Part shown: positions 16,454 through 25,780 of the stretch, piece after piece | How the letters are laid out: every line of letters begins with the position of its first letter | Numbering within the stretch: the stretch's first letter is position 1 | NCBI GenBank assembly: GCA_039919615.1 | Contig: JBDSFG010000205.1 | Span: forward strand, 1-48,401 | Length of the DNA stretch: 48,401 bases | Origin: Ginsengibacter sp. | Lineage (GTDB): Bacteria > Bacteroidota > Bacteroidia > Chitinophagales > Chitinophagaceae | Reading direction: 5' to 3' | Made by a program: the position numbers and the translations under genes | Notes under the pieces: model-generated | Seen by the model: only the letters and a program-made list of their open reading frames with translations | What the model was told of the DNA's origin: nothing | The model's database searches: none

Positions 16454-18652
16454 ATGGATAGAAAAAATTTTATTAAACGCACAGGTTTAATTAGCGGTGG
16501 TATTATGCTTGGCGGGGCATCTTCAATAACCGCCATGGCTTCGCAAGATTCTCCAATACAACTTAACGAGGCTTTGCGCTGGGCACAACTTGTTTTCGTA
16601 GAGAATGATCCGGGGAACTATGATCCTGATTTTTGGCTTGGCTATTTTAAGCGGGTACATGCACAAGGGGCATTGTTAAGTGCAGGTGGTGTGGTTGCTT
16701 TTTATCCCACCAATATCCCTTTTCACCACCGCAGCCAGTGGATGGGTAATAGCGATCCGCTTGGTTACCTGGTAAATGGTTGCCGCAAAATGAATATGGC
16801 TGTTATCGTTCGTACGGATCCTCACGCAACAAGGCAGGATGTTTATGACGCACATCCCGACTGGATCGCTGTAACTGCAGATGGTAAAAAACGGAGGCAC
16901 TGGGCTAACCCGGATCTTTGGGTTACCTGCGCACTTGGGCCATACAACTTCGAATTTATGACAGCAGTGAATAAAGAGATCATGGAGAAGTATCAGCCTG
17001 ATGCTATTTTTTCTAACCGCTGGTCCGGACACGGTATTTGTTATTGCGAACATTGCATAAAAAATTTCAAAACATTTTCCGGTATCGAACTTCCGCGGAA
17101 TGTTGTGCAAAGTAACAGCACATCAATGCCGGCCGGCGATATTAGTGACCCTGCCTATCGTATATATATCCAATGGCGAATTGCCCGTTTAAAAGAACTT
17201 TGGTTTTTATGGGATGACGTAATAAAAAAAGAAAAGCCCGGCGCCCGTTTTATCCCGAATGGCTTTCCTGATAAATTAATTACAGGCCAGAATTCGGATT
17301 TTTTCTTCGCCGATCAACAGGCAAGAAGTGGTTTGATACCGCCCTGGAGCAACGGCTCACATGCAAAAGAGTTAAGAGCCACAATGGGGATGAAACCACA
17401 GGTGGGCATTTTTAGTGTAGGGCTGGAAGAGCAATATCGCTGGAAAGATTCTGTACAAACTGAAGCAGAAATAAGGGTATGGGTTGCTGAAGGGATAGCT
17501 AATGGACTTCGGCCTTGTTTTGTAAAATTTTCTGCGGTGCTGTATGATAAGCGGTGGCTTGAGCCTGTGGCTAAAATATACGAGGCTTGTTATAAAAGCG
17601 AAAAGTATTTAAAAAATATTGCACCGCTTGCCCGTGTAGGAATGGTGTATTCCGAGCAAACAGAGCGCAACTATGGAGGCAAACCATGGCAGCAAAATTA
17701 TGGCGATCATAAAAAGGGAATGTATCATGCATTGATCGAAGACCGCATGCCTTTTGAAATGGTGAACGACCGGCTGATGGATGCAGAAAGACTGAAGCCT
17801 TTTAAATTATTAGTGCTGCCGAATATTGCCGCACTCTCAACGGTTCAATGCGAACAGCTTAAAAAATTTGTAGAAGATGGAGGAAGCCTTGTAGCCACTT
17901 ATGAAAGTTCTTTGTATGATGAAGAAGGTAAACAAAAAAAAGACTTTGGTCTTTCTGAATTGTTTGGTGTTTCGTATGATGGTTCAGTTGAAGGGCCGCT
18001 GCAAAACAGTTACCTGCGTTTGAAAAGTGATTCGGTTACAAAACAGTTTCACCCCATATTAAAAGGACTTGAAGATGCATATCGTATCATCAACGGAACA
18101 CATAGCGTAAAGGTTTCTCCAAAACAATTTTTCCCGGCTCCTGTAACCCTGGTTCCATCTTATCCCGATCTCCCAATGGAAGATGTTTATCCACGGGTAC
18201 CAGATACTGACATAAGAGAAGTGTATTTGAGAGAGATTGGCAAGGGAAGAGTTGTTTATATACCCTGGGATATTGATAGAAGTTTTTGGCAGATACTAAG
18301 CGCAGATCATGGAAGGCTGTTAGGAAATATTATTCGCTGGGCTTTAAATGAAGAACCCATTGTAAACGTAAAAGGACCTGGTGTATTAGATGTTACCGTA
18401 TGGAAACAGCAACATTCAATGACTGTGCATTTGGTAAACCTTACTAACCCAATGATGATGAAAGGGCCTTTTAGAGAATTGATACCGGTGTATGCAGAAG
18501 TTAGTATTCAACTTGCTGCAAATAAAAAACTAGCAAATGTGCACCTGCTTATAAGTGGTAAAAAACCTATTTATGAAGTGAAGGATGGCAAGCTTTATAT
18601 AAAAGCCACGCAGATATTGGATCATGAAATTATTGCAATTGATTTTGGGTAG
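16454..18652 (+). CDS. Exported GHL6-like glycoside hydrolase with beta-galactosidase trimerisation (GH42M-like) domain
   Basis: Tat-like DRKNFIK signal; TIM-barrel motifs (HPDWIAV.ADG, CYCEHC..F); class-I GATase-like segment LLVLPNIAALS..Q...LKKFVEDGGSLVAT. Confidence 0.7.
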   Translation: MDRKNFIKRTGLISGGIMLGGASSITAMASQDSPIQLNEALRWAQLVFVENDPGNYDPDFWLGYFKRVHAQGALLSAGGVVAFYPTNIPFHHRSQWMGNSDPLGYLVNGCRKMNMAVIVRTDPHATRQDVYDAHPDWIAVTADGKKRRHWANPDLWVTCALGPYNFEFMTAVNKEIMEKYQPDAIFSNRWSGHGICYCEHCIKNFKTFSGIELPRNVVQSNSTSMPAGDISDPAYRIYIQWRIARLKELWFLWDDVIKKEKPGARFIPNGFPDKLITGQNSDFFFADQQARSGLIPPWSNGSHAKELRATMGMKPQVGIFSVGLEEQYRWKDSVQTEAEIRVWVAEGIANGLRPCFVKFSAVLYDKRWLEPVAKIYEACYKSEKYLKNIAPLARVGMVYSEQTERNYGGKPWQQNYGDHKKGMYHALIEDRMPFEMVNDRLMDAERLKPFKLLVLPNIAALSTVQCEQLKKFVEDGGSLVATYESSLYDEEGKQKKDFGLSELFGVSYDGSVEGPLQNSYLRLKSDSVTKQFHPILKGLEDAYRIINGTHSVKVSPKQFFPAPVTLVPSYPDLPMEDVYPRVPDTDIREVYLREIGKGRVVYIPWDIDRSFWQILSADHGRLLGNIIRWALNEEPIVNVKGPGVLDVTVWKQQHSMTVHLVNLTNPMMMKGPFRELIPVYAEVSIQLAANKKLANVHLLISGKKPIYEVKDGKLYIKATQILDHEIIAIDFG

Positions 18653-18792
18653 CGCAAAGAATCGCTGAAGATTTTTGAAGATGCAGGGAATCGCTTAAAC
18701 GAACGGAAGGCTATCAGTAAGCTTATTTCAAGATACATCATTACAGTTATTAGGGCATAGCTTAATTTGCGTTTTCAATAATTCTTCTTCTG

Positions 18793-19035
18793 TTGCAAGT
18801 ATATAATCTTATTACAATCATTATTGTTCTTACTGCTGTATTCGGTTATATTAACTTTAGGTTACTAAAATTGCAAGGCGCAATTAGTGTTATGATTATC
18901 TCAATTGCAGTATCATTTGCCAGAGTGGTGATTGGCGTTTTTTAGGCCGGATTTTTAATAGAACTACAGACATTATCAGGACTATTGACTCACACTGCAT
19001 TAATGAAAGTGATGCTGAGTTTTTTATTGTTCTCA
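18793..19035 (+). pseudogene. Truncated, frameshifted N-terminal fragment of a CPA1/NhaP Na+/H+ antiporter
   Basis: Manual translation gives LQVYNLITIIIVLTAVFGYINFRLLKLQGAISVMIISIAVS…VF*, then FNRTTDIIRTID and TALMKVMLSFLLFS in shifted frames, matching the 'YINxRxLKLP…IDF…ML.FLLFAG' start of NhaP. The rest of the gene is absent. Confidence 0.75.
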
Positions 19036-19219
19036 TCTTTTAGCCGGATGATTAATTTTTATTCAATTTCATGTTTATGCAGTAACAAACTATAACTGTG
19101 AGTGTTAGCCGATGTTCCATAAAAATTAATAAGCCTGCACTGTTTCATAAGATTCGTCTTTTAAAACCGATAAAAAACAGCATCATTATTGTTATTAGTT
19201 AAGGCTAAAATTATTAATT

Positions 19220-19564
19220 ATGAAAAAAGTAATCGTGTTATTTGTATTGGCTTTTTCCCTGGTTTCAATAACCGCATCTGCCCAAAATGGTGAGCGGTAT
19301 AAGCAAATTTTAAAAGACTCACTTCAATTTACTGATGTGCAGATTGATACAGTTTTGGCCGTAAGGCAGGTGTTTCAGCCACAAATGAGAGATATCTTTA
19401 TGGATCAATCAATGAGCGCTGAAGACAAAAAAACCAAACTTGCTGCTATAAGCGAGCAAATGAGGCCGGGGTTAAAGACCGTTTTAAGTGATGAACAAAT
19501 ACAAAAAATGGAAGCGCTGCAACAAAGAATGCGTGACAGGCGTAACAATGGCGGAGGAAACTAA
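19220..19564 (+). CDS. Small secreted helical protein (Spy/CpxP-like, LTxxQ-type motifs)
   Basis: Signal peptide ending ASA-Q; FTDVQ and LSDEQ motifs; Arg/Gly-rich tail. Confidence 0.65.
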   Translation: MKKVIVLFVLAFSLVSITASAQNGERYKQILKDSLQFTDVQIDTVLAVRQVFQPQMRDIFMDQSMSAEDKKTKLAAISEQMRPGLKTVLSDEQIQKMEALQQRMRDRRNNGGGN

Positions 19565-19581
19565 TCTCATTAAAAAGCAAT

Positions 19582-19614
19582 AAAAAGCAGGCTCAATCCA
19601 GGGTCTGCTTTTTT
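19582..19614 (+). terminator. Rho-independent terminator (likely bidirectional)
   Basis: AAAAAGCAGGCTC-aatcca-GGGTCTGCTTTTTT stem-loop with T-tract, 17 nt after the stop at 19564. Confidence 0.8.
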
Positions 19615-19683
19615 ATTTTAGACAGTTCATGCAATGAAAGTAGTTGAAATCTTTAGATACTATAAAGGTGGCTATCGTTGCAT

Positions 19684-19691
19684 TAAATTTG
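19684..19691 (+). promoter_or_regulatory. -7 promoter element (TAAATTTG)
   Basis: TAnnTTTG ending 20 nt before ATG 19712, which supports that codon as the real start. Confidence 0.55.
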
Positions 19692-19711
19692 TAAATTTAT
19701 TAAAAAGTCAA

Positions 19712-20266
19712 ATGGGTAAACTGCATAACTCCATAAAATCTGCTCACAAAGAATTTATAGAAAAACAACATATTTTTTTTGTAAGCACTGCTCCGTTAAG
19801 TGCCGGTGGACGAATTAACCTTTCGCCTAAGGGGCTTGATTGTTTTAGAGTATTGTCTGAAAACAGCGTTGCGTACATGGATCTCATCAGCAGCGGAAAT
19901 GAAACTTCAGCGCATACATTAGAGAATGGACGCATTACAATTATGTTCTGTTCTTTTGATGGCCCTCCTAATATTCTGAGGCTTTACGGAAAAGGATTTA
20001 CAGTATTACCCGCCACAGAAGAATGGGAAATATATTCTCCCCAGTTTAGAATATATCCAGGCACAAGGCAGATCATTGTTGCCAATATTGATCTGGTGCA
20101 AACATCATGTGGTTTTGGCGTTCCATACTTCAATTATGTTGGTGAAAGAGATATTCATTTTGAATGGGCTGAGCAAAAAGGCAAAGAAGGACTTCTGGAT
20201 TATATGCAAACAAATAATTTAAAAAGCCTTGATGGCTTGCCTACAAGCCTGGGATTGAAAGAATGA
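19712..20266 (+). CDS. Pyridoxamine 5'-phosphate oxidase-family FMN-binding protein
   Basis: FIEKQHIFFVSTAP..GRINLSPKG, GNETSAH, RITIMFCSF, VQTSCGFGVP. Start moved from 19634 to 19712 (MGKLH). Confidence 0.88.
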   Translation: MGKLHNSIKSAHKEFIEKQHIFFVSTAPLSAGGRINLSPKGLDCFRVLSENSVAYMDLISSGNETSAHTLENGRITIMFCSFDGPPNILRLYGKGFTVLPATEEWEIYSPQFRIYPGTRQIIVANIDLVQTSCGFGVPYFNYVGERDIHFEWAEQKGKEGLLDYMQTNNLKSLDGLPTSLGLKE

Positions 20267-20313
20267 GTTGCCAACATTTAATCCTCTGCTTTACGAATTG
20301 ACTACTCAACTGC

Positions 20314-22938
20314 CTATAATAATTTACCCACTCTCAAATTAAATCTTGAATCCAAATTAGATTTTGCATATGTGGCAGTAAATGATATCGTATTAAATGG
20401 CGCTAACATAAACCCTCCACCAATACCAGCATGCCATTTATCTGATACTTCTGCCGGTTGCCATACCCTTCCGTCGTCCAACAAGCCCAATATGCCCATT
20501 TTGCCACTGAATATATATGTTTTTACATTGAAGGTCCATTGCAATTCATTTTGATTATAAAAAGCTGTTTTACCATAAAACAGGTAGCGTGAGAAACCCC
20601 GCAATGTATTACCCCCGCCCAACCGATTTAGCTGGTAGAATTCAGGTTTGCCCGTAATAGTAGCTCCACTGGTTTTTACTGCGAGAGTAAGTGAGGGAGC
20701 AATGGGAACATAAAAGCCAAAAGTGCCGGAAAACGTTGTAATTGATCTATCTGTTTTTTTAAGGTTTTGTTTAAACTCAACCCCTGTTGAAAAGTGAACA
20801 CCTTTAGAAGGAAATAATTTATGATTTACCGAGGTGTAATCATAATCTGCCCTGGCGCCTGCAAAATTATCGGCATTAAAAATTGTTTTATCAGTGGGTG
20901 CATAATTAACAGATATGAACTTGGCCGGATCGTTTTGCACTTCTATCATTTGATACAAGCCTGAAAAACTTAAAGTGTTGCGTGCATCAAATGGCCTGAA
21001 AAATTTTACTACTGCATTTGCTTCCTTGTTGCGGTAAAAATAGTAAGATTTATTTTTTGACGACGCCATAACCGAATTGTTTCCGATACCGGCAAAATAT
21101 TGATCTCTTATATTATCGTACTCAGCCATAAATCCAAGACCCCATTTACCGATCAACTGGTTATATACACTTGCGTATTGAAAACTAAATGCTTTTTGTG
21201 TGATGGAATAGTTAACTCTGAAATCTAACTGGTAACCAATAGGAGTTTTGCGCCATTTGTATTTTTGAATCTGGTAAGCCATCCTTAAAAACAAACGATC
21301 GTCATTGTTATAACTGATACCCGGCTTAAATCCGGTAAAACTTTTTTTATAAGCGTTGTATTGAAAAACATGCACACTGCTGTCGGCAGACAAGCGCATT
21401 TTTGCATTCTTTGAAGTATTAAATTCGTTTTGTTTGTCATCATAAATTTTTACTTTACCATGGAAATCAGGCGGAATTGTATAACTATCTTTTTTTGGGC
21501 CGCCAATTAATCGTACGCCAATTTTCCTGCTTGTATTTCCATCAAACTTAAACTGGTCTTTCCCGTCCAATCCATACAGGCGCACTTCATCTGTTTCACC
21601 TGCATAAAAGTTGCGGGAATAAAAAGGTTCATTTTTTTTGTTACCGCTGCCATCCAGGTCAAATATAGATACCTTTATTTCATCGTCATTAATACCTGTG
21701 ATCTCAAAGAGTTCTTTCTTTTTTGTGCCCGTTACGTCTACTTCTTTTGCAAGTATGCGGTAATACTGCGTTGCAAACTCCAGCAGGTTATTTCTTCGTG
21801 ATTTTAATTTTTTAATAAGCTCAGGCCCGGAAATGTCATACACTTCAGGGGGCAGTTCTTTTATTGAATTTTCTATTATATCATCTGTGAGAGATAGCTG
21901 CAGGTCTTTGGCAATGCTTTGCCAGGTGTCAAGTGAAGGTTCATTTGCTAACTGCCTGTCCAGGTGCCTTGCCTGAAAATTATATCCGCTCAAACTTTTA
22001 ATAGTATAATCAACTGATTGCAGGTAAACGAGTTGAGCGGCTCTTTTACCTAACGCCACCAGTAATCCGTCAAATTTTGTAAATGTCTGGTCTCTGTCTC
22101 TTGGTATTGGCCGGTATATTTTATTCCCGTTTTCTTTAAAAGCGGCCCAACGCCATTGATCTTCGTGCCTGCCCCAGTCACTTAAAAACATATCAAATAA
22201 ACGTGCCCTTACAAAAGCTTGCTGGTCTACGCGGTTGTCACTTTCTTCATATATTTCCCGCAGCATTTTTTCAGTTCCATCCACATCTTCGGTATTACCG
22301 AAATTTGCGACATCGCCTTCAAGGCCTACAGGCCTTTCTTCTAAAAGGTAAAGGTTGTTTGCAAATTCTGATCTGTATTCACCCAATGTTTCCTGGTCTG
22401 GCAAAAAAACAATTTGAGGATTAGTATGAAATACTTTAGCAGCCTCTGCCAAAGCGGGAACTGTGATAGACGAATATGGATGAGCAATAGAAACCTGGTC
22501 GTTAGCAACCGACTCCACAAAAGTTTTTTGGAATAATTCGGGTAATGCTTTGGTGTATGTTTTATTGATTGACCTGAGCACATATTGGTTACCATTTTTA
22601 CTTTCAAGCCTCAGCGTTTTTGTTTGGCGGCCACCGCCTTTTAGTAAAGGTTTCAATCCTCCAAAAACAGTATCAAGCTTTATTGATTTTACTTTCACAG
22701 GGGTAGCCCATTCCTCACGATAATGATTTCCCCAAAAGAGATTATGAAATGCACTTCTTGTATATTGCCGGCCCGCAATTATCACCGCATGTGTTGGATC
22801 AGAAGTGGTATCAACGATTGTTGTTTGTTGCCCAAAAACGGTCAGTGCTGATAATAAACAAAAAACAAAAGAAACAGGTAAAGAAGATTTTAGAAAGAAG
22901 ATTTTTCCCTTTTCAAATACAAAATATAGATTTCTCAT
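20314..22938 (-). CDS. Outer-membrane Omp85 (BamA/TamA-like) barrel protein with N-terminal atypical-kinase-like domain
   Basis: C-terminal barrel with LGGGNTLRGF (VRGF/Y lid-lock-like) and DDGRVW. The N-terminal part has GGGRQT, YVLRS, DWGRHEDQWRW and PRDRDQ. Likely start MRNLYF at 22938. Confidence 0.75.
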   Translation of the reverse strand: MRNLYFVFEKGKIFFLKSSLPVSFVFCLLSALTVFGQQTTIVDTTSDPTHAVIIAGRQYTRSAFHNLFWGNHYREEWATPVKVKSIKLDTVFGGLKPLLKGGGRQTKTLRLESKNGNQYVLRSINKTYTKALPELFQKTFVESVANDQVSIAHPYSSITVPALAEAAKVFHTNPQIVFLPDQETLGEYRSEFANNLYLLEERPVGLEGDVANFGNTEDVDGTEKMLREIYEESDNRVDQQAFVRARLFDMFLSDWGRHEDQWRWAAFKENGNKIYRPIPRDRDQTFTKFDGLLVALGKRAAQLVYLQSVDYTIKSLSGYNFQARHLDRQLANEPSLDTWQSIAKDLQLSLTDDIIENSIKELPPEVYDISGPELIKKLKSRRNNLLEFATQYYRILAKEVDVTGTKKKELFEITGINDDEIKVSIFDLDGSGNKKNEPFYSRNFYAGETDEVRLYGLDGKDQFKFDGNTSRKIGVRLIGGPKKDSYTIPPDFHGKVKIYDDKQNEFNTSKNAKMRLSADSSVHVFQYNAYKKSFTGFKPGISYNNDDRLFLRMAYQIQKYKWRKTPIGYQLDFRVNYSITQKAFSFQYASVYNQLIGKWGLGFMAEYDNIRDQYFAGIGNNSVMASSKNKSYYFYRNKEANAVVKFFRPFDARNTLSFSGLYQMIEVQNDPAKFISVNYAPTDKTIFNADNFAGARADYDYTSVNHKLFPSKGVHFSTGVEFKQNLKKTDRSITTFSGTFGFYVPIAPSLTLAVKTSGATITGKPEFYQLNRLGGGNTLRGFSRYLFYGKTAFYNQNELQWTFNVKTYIFSGKMGILGLLDDGRVWQPAEVSDKWHAGIGGGFMLAPFNTISFTATYAKSNLDSRFNLRVGKLL

Positions 22939-23128
22939 AACTTCATTTTTATTGGAATGAATGCAGATAAAGATCATTGCTTGCCCGAATTATAATCTTT
23001 TCCGCTTTATTTTAGTTTTGCAACTACCAAAATGTTTAGGAATGAACTTCTAATTCATTACCAAGTTAAAGAATTCCACACGAACGTAGATGCAGAAAAA
23101 GTATTTGTTCGCAGGTGTTTTAATAATT

Positions 23129-23168
23129 AAAAGGGATGACATCCTTTGAAAAAATGTTACCCCTTTTT
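23129..23168. terminator. Putative bidirectional terminator downstream of the polysaccharide cluster
   Basis: Imperfect inverted repeat AAAAGGGATGACA…TGTTACCCCTTTTT with A and T tails. Confidence 0.4.
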
Positions 23169-23411
23169 GTAATCTTTAACATTAACGGCAGGCAAACTTC
23201 ATCAAAGAAATTTACAACACTATTATCTATGTTACTCAAAAAACGCCAGTTGTAAAAACAGTATATTTCTGTTAACAGATTTTATGATTGTTGAAGTGTT
23301 TTGATTGTATTTCTTGGTCATTTTAACTGTGGCCGGTAATGATCAAATTCCTTCCATAATAATTTCTAAACTATTATATGCTGTAAAATTTGAGCGCAGG
23401 TTATGTTCCTG

Positions 23412-24479
23412 CTATTCAAATAAGGAAAGAAAATTTTGAGTGTTTGATTTTACACTATAATTTTTTTCTATTTCTTCTCTGCCCGCAGCTCCCATAGTTT
23501 CACGCAAGGCTTTATCACACAATAGTTTTTCAAGAGCAGCATACCATTCTTCTTTTGTCTCACACAAAAACCCATTAATATTTTGATTTATAATTTTTTT
23601 ATTAACGCCTACCGGAGAAGCCACAGCAGGTATACCTAAAGCTAAAAATTGTATTATTTTAAACCCGCATTTACCACGCTCAAATTCCGTATCTGACAAT
23701 GGCATAATACCGATGTTCAATTGCAGGAGATCTGTAATTTCAGTTTCCTCATTCCATTTCAGAAATTTAAATCCCTTTAATGGTAATTTTGGATTTTGAT
23801 CCGCTATTACAATAAAATCAAAAGAATATTTTTTCTCCAACTCCTGCAGAACTTCTACTACCTGGTTAAGATATACCAATGTTGAAAAAGAACCCGTCCA
23901 TCCTATACATACATTATTTGTATCCTGTGATTTTATCTTATTATGGCGATACTCAGTATCCACACAGGTGGGGTTCAATACTACGTTTTTATTATACTTT
24001 ATCACGTAATTATACAAAAACATATTACCAACGGATACTTTATAAGACCACCGGCAAATGTATTTTATCTTCCATGAGCATTTTAAAAACCTTATCCAGG
24101 TATTATTATCAGAAACGAGGGGAACCCAGATGGAATCATCAAAATCAAAGATCAGTTTCTTTCTCAATATTTTTGCGAATATCCATTCAAAGACAGGCGG
24201 ACCAATGGGCGTAGCCTCCCGATAAACTACAATAAAATCGTATCGGGCAATTTTTATCAACCCCGCAAATGTTTTAAAAAATCCTTTTATTACTCCGAAA
24301 GTTTTTTCAAAAATATATCCCTTCCGATATATTATTTTCCTGGTCGACTTGTCAATAAAAGACTGAATATCAAAAGCTATTTTGTTTTCCCGTAAAGTTT
24401 TTTCATACAATTCCACTCTAAACCTCTGGCCAGGAGAGATTCCTTTGGGTGATTGAACTATAAACAATACTTTTTTCAT
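23412..24479 (-). CDS. Glycosyltransferase family 4
   Basis: SPGQRFRV, FDFDDSIW, IGWTGS, GKCGFKIIQFLALGIPAVASPVG. Confidence 0.9.
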   Translation of the reverse strand: MKKVLFIVQSPKGISPGQRFRVELYEKTLRENKIAFDIQSFIDKSTRKIIYRKGYIFEKTFGVIKGFFKTFAGLIKIARYDFIVVYREATPIGPPVFEWIFAKILRKKLIFDFDDSIWVPLVSDNNTWIRFLKCSWKIKYICRWSYKVSVGNMFLYNYVIKYNKNVVLNPTCVDTEYRHNKIKSQDTNNVCIGWTGSFSTLVYLNQVVEVLQELEKKYSFDFIVIADQNPKLPLKGFKFLKWNEETEITDLLQLNIGIMPLSDTEFERGKCGFKIIQFLALGIPAVASPVGVNKKIINQNINGFLCETKEEWYAALEKLLCDKALRETMGAAGREEIEKNYSVKSNTQNFLSLFE

Positions 24480-24498
24480 CTGCTATAATACAAATAAA

Positions 24499-25383
24499 CT
24501 AATTAGATTGACCTTTGAGTACAAAAGAACTCCTGATTTTTTTCCCAAATCCCAAAAGAGAAAAAAAGTATTTGACACAAAAAAAACAGTAGAAAAATTT
24601 CCTTCTCCCAAAAATTATGGCATGAAGAATATTTTTAAAACCAGTAGCCCGTTTGTGCTTTAATAATTGGGTAAACCCATAAAAAAAAAAATAGGTTTGC
24701 AACCGATAATCTCCTGGAGATAATTTTTCGGTATTAATAAAATATTCCAGTTGATCTACATAAAAATCTTCATCCAGAACCTGATTGCTGATTCCGCGGT
24801 TGTTATACACCGATACTACCTGCGGTATATATTTCTTTTTAAAGTAAGGCTTTCTGAAAATGCGTAAATTAAATTCATAATCGGCAAGAATTTTATATTT
24901 AGTATTATAAAAGCCTTGTTCTTCAAAAATAGTTCTATTATAAAAAATACACTGGTGATTAATATTACGGTTTACTAATTTATAATAAGACCACTTGCCT
25001 CCAAAAACTGTGCCCTTGCTTTTCATGATAACATCACCGTACAAAAAATCAATAGAATCTGTTTCGTTATTTAAAAAGATGTCATTCAAAACCTCGTTGG
25101 TATAAAGCACATCATCTGCCCCCAAAAAAATCAGCCATTTTCCATTGCTTGCTTTAATTCCTTTATTCATCGCCTCATAAATACCACTATCTTTTTCGCT
25201 TACCCAGTGAGCAAGTTTGTGTTGATATTTTTTTATTATTTCCAGGGTATTATCTGTGCTTCCCCCATCAACTATGATGTATTCATAGTTAGGATAGGTT
25301 TGTTTAATTATACTTAGAATTGTATCTTCCAGAGTAGCGGCCGCATTATAGGTTACAGTGATAATAGAAATTTTATCATCCAT
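24499..25383 (-). CDS. Glycosyltransferase family 2 (WcaE/WfgS-like)
   Basis: ISIITVTYN, VDGGSTD, SEKDSGIYEAMNKG, FLGADD, HQ, ADYEF. Confidence 0.9.
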   Translation of the reverse strand: MDDKISIITVTYNAAATLEDTILSIIKQTYPNYEYIIVDGGSTDNTLEIIKKYQHKLAHWVSEKDSGIYEAMNKGIKASNGKWLIFLGADDVLYTNEVLNDIFLNNETDSIDFLYGDVIMKSKGTVFGGKWSYYKLVNRNINHQCIFYNRTIFEEQGFYNTKYKILADYEFNLRIFRKPYFKKKYIPQVVSVYNNRGISNQVLDEDFYVDQLEYFINTEKLSPGDYRLQTYFFFYGFTQLLKHKRATGFKNILHAIIFGRRKFFYCFFCVKYFFSLLGFGKKIRSSFVLKGQSN

Positions 25384-25389
25384 TTTTTG

Positions 25390-25569
25390 TTATAATCTTT
25401 GAATTATTAACCCCCGGATACAAATGAACATACTTATTTTGTAAACATTGATTTTTTGAAAATATCGTTTAACCATTAGCATTAATAAAATGGAAGGTAA
25501 TAAAATTAAAAATGAGATTATTGTAAGGGTACTAATATTTGAATGAATTGCAGGAAACAAAAAGCGTAT
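25390..25569 (-). pseudogene. Start-less relic of a Wzx flippase C-terminus
   Basis: Translates to IRFLFPAIHSNISTLTIISFLILLPSILLMLMVKRYFQK…*, which aligns without gaps to LQYFFPALHLTLFLICCISFAVLAVSLLNMPYSIKLIKK of the intact Wzx just upstream. Confidence 0.55.
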
Positions 25570-25780
25570 TTAGAAATAACCGGCAAAGCATATTATCAAT
25601 ATACTGAATTTTTAAAATGATTGTAATGCGGAAGTCTAAAAATATTTATTCAGGCTTCAATTAGAGTTTGACGATTTTTCAACGGTTGTTCCGCGGCATT
25701 TTTTTTTGCGGCAAGTGGGGGTTAAAAAAAAATATGATTTGGTAATAATTTTCTGTGGGGGAATTATACCTGGCACTACG

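Noticed and set aside
18655-18700. Short repeats GAATCGCT x2 and TGAAGAT x2 after the hydrolase gene
   Set aside because: Too short and irregular for a CRISPR or REP array; compatible with chance.
19634-19711. N-terminal extension of the PNPOx-family ORF
   Set aside because: It contains the promoter box, and homology begins at MGKLH (19712).
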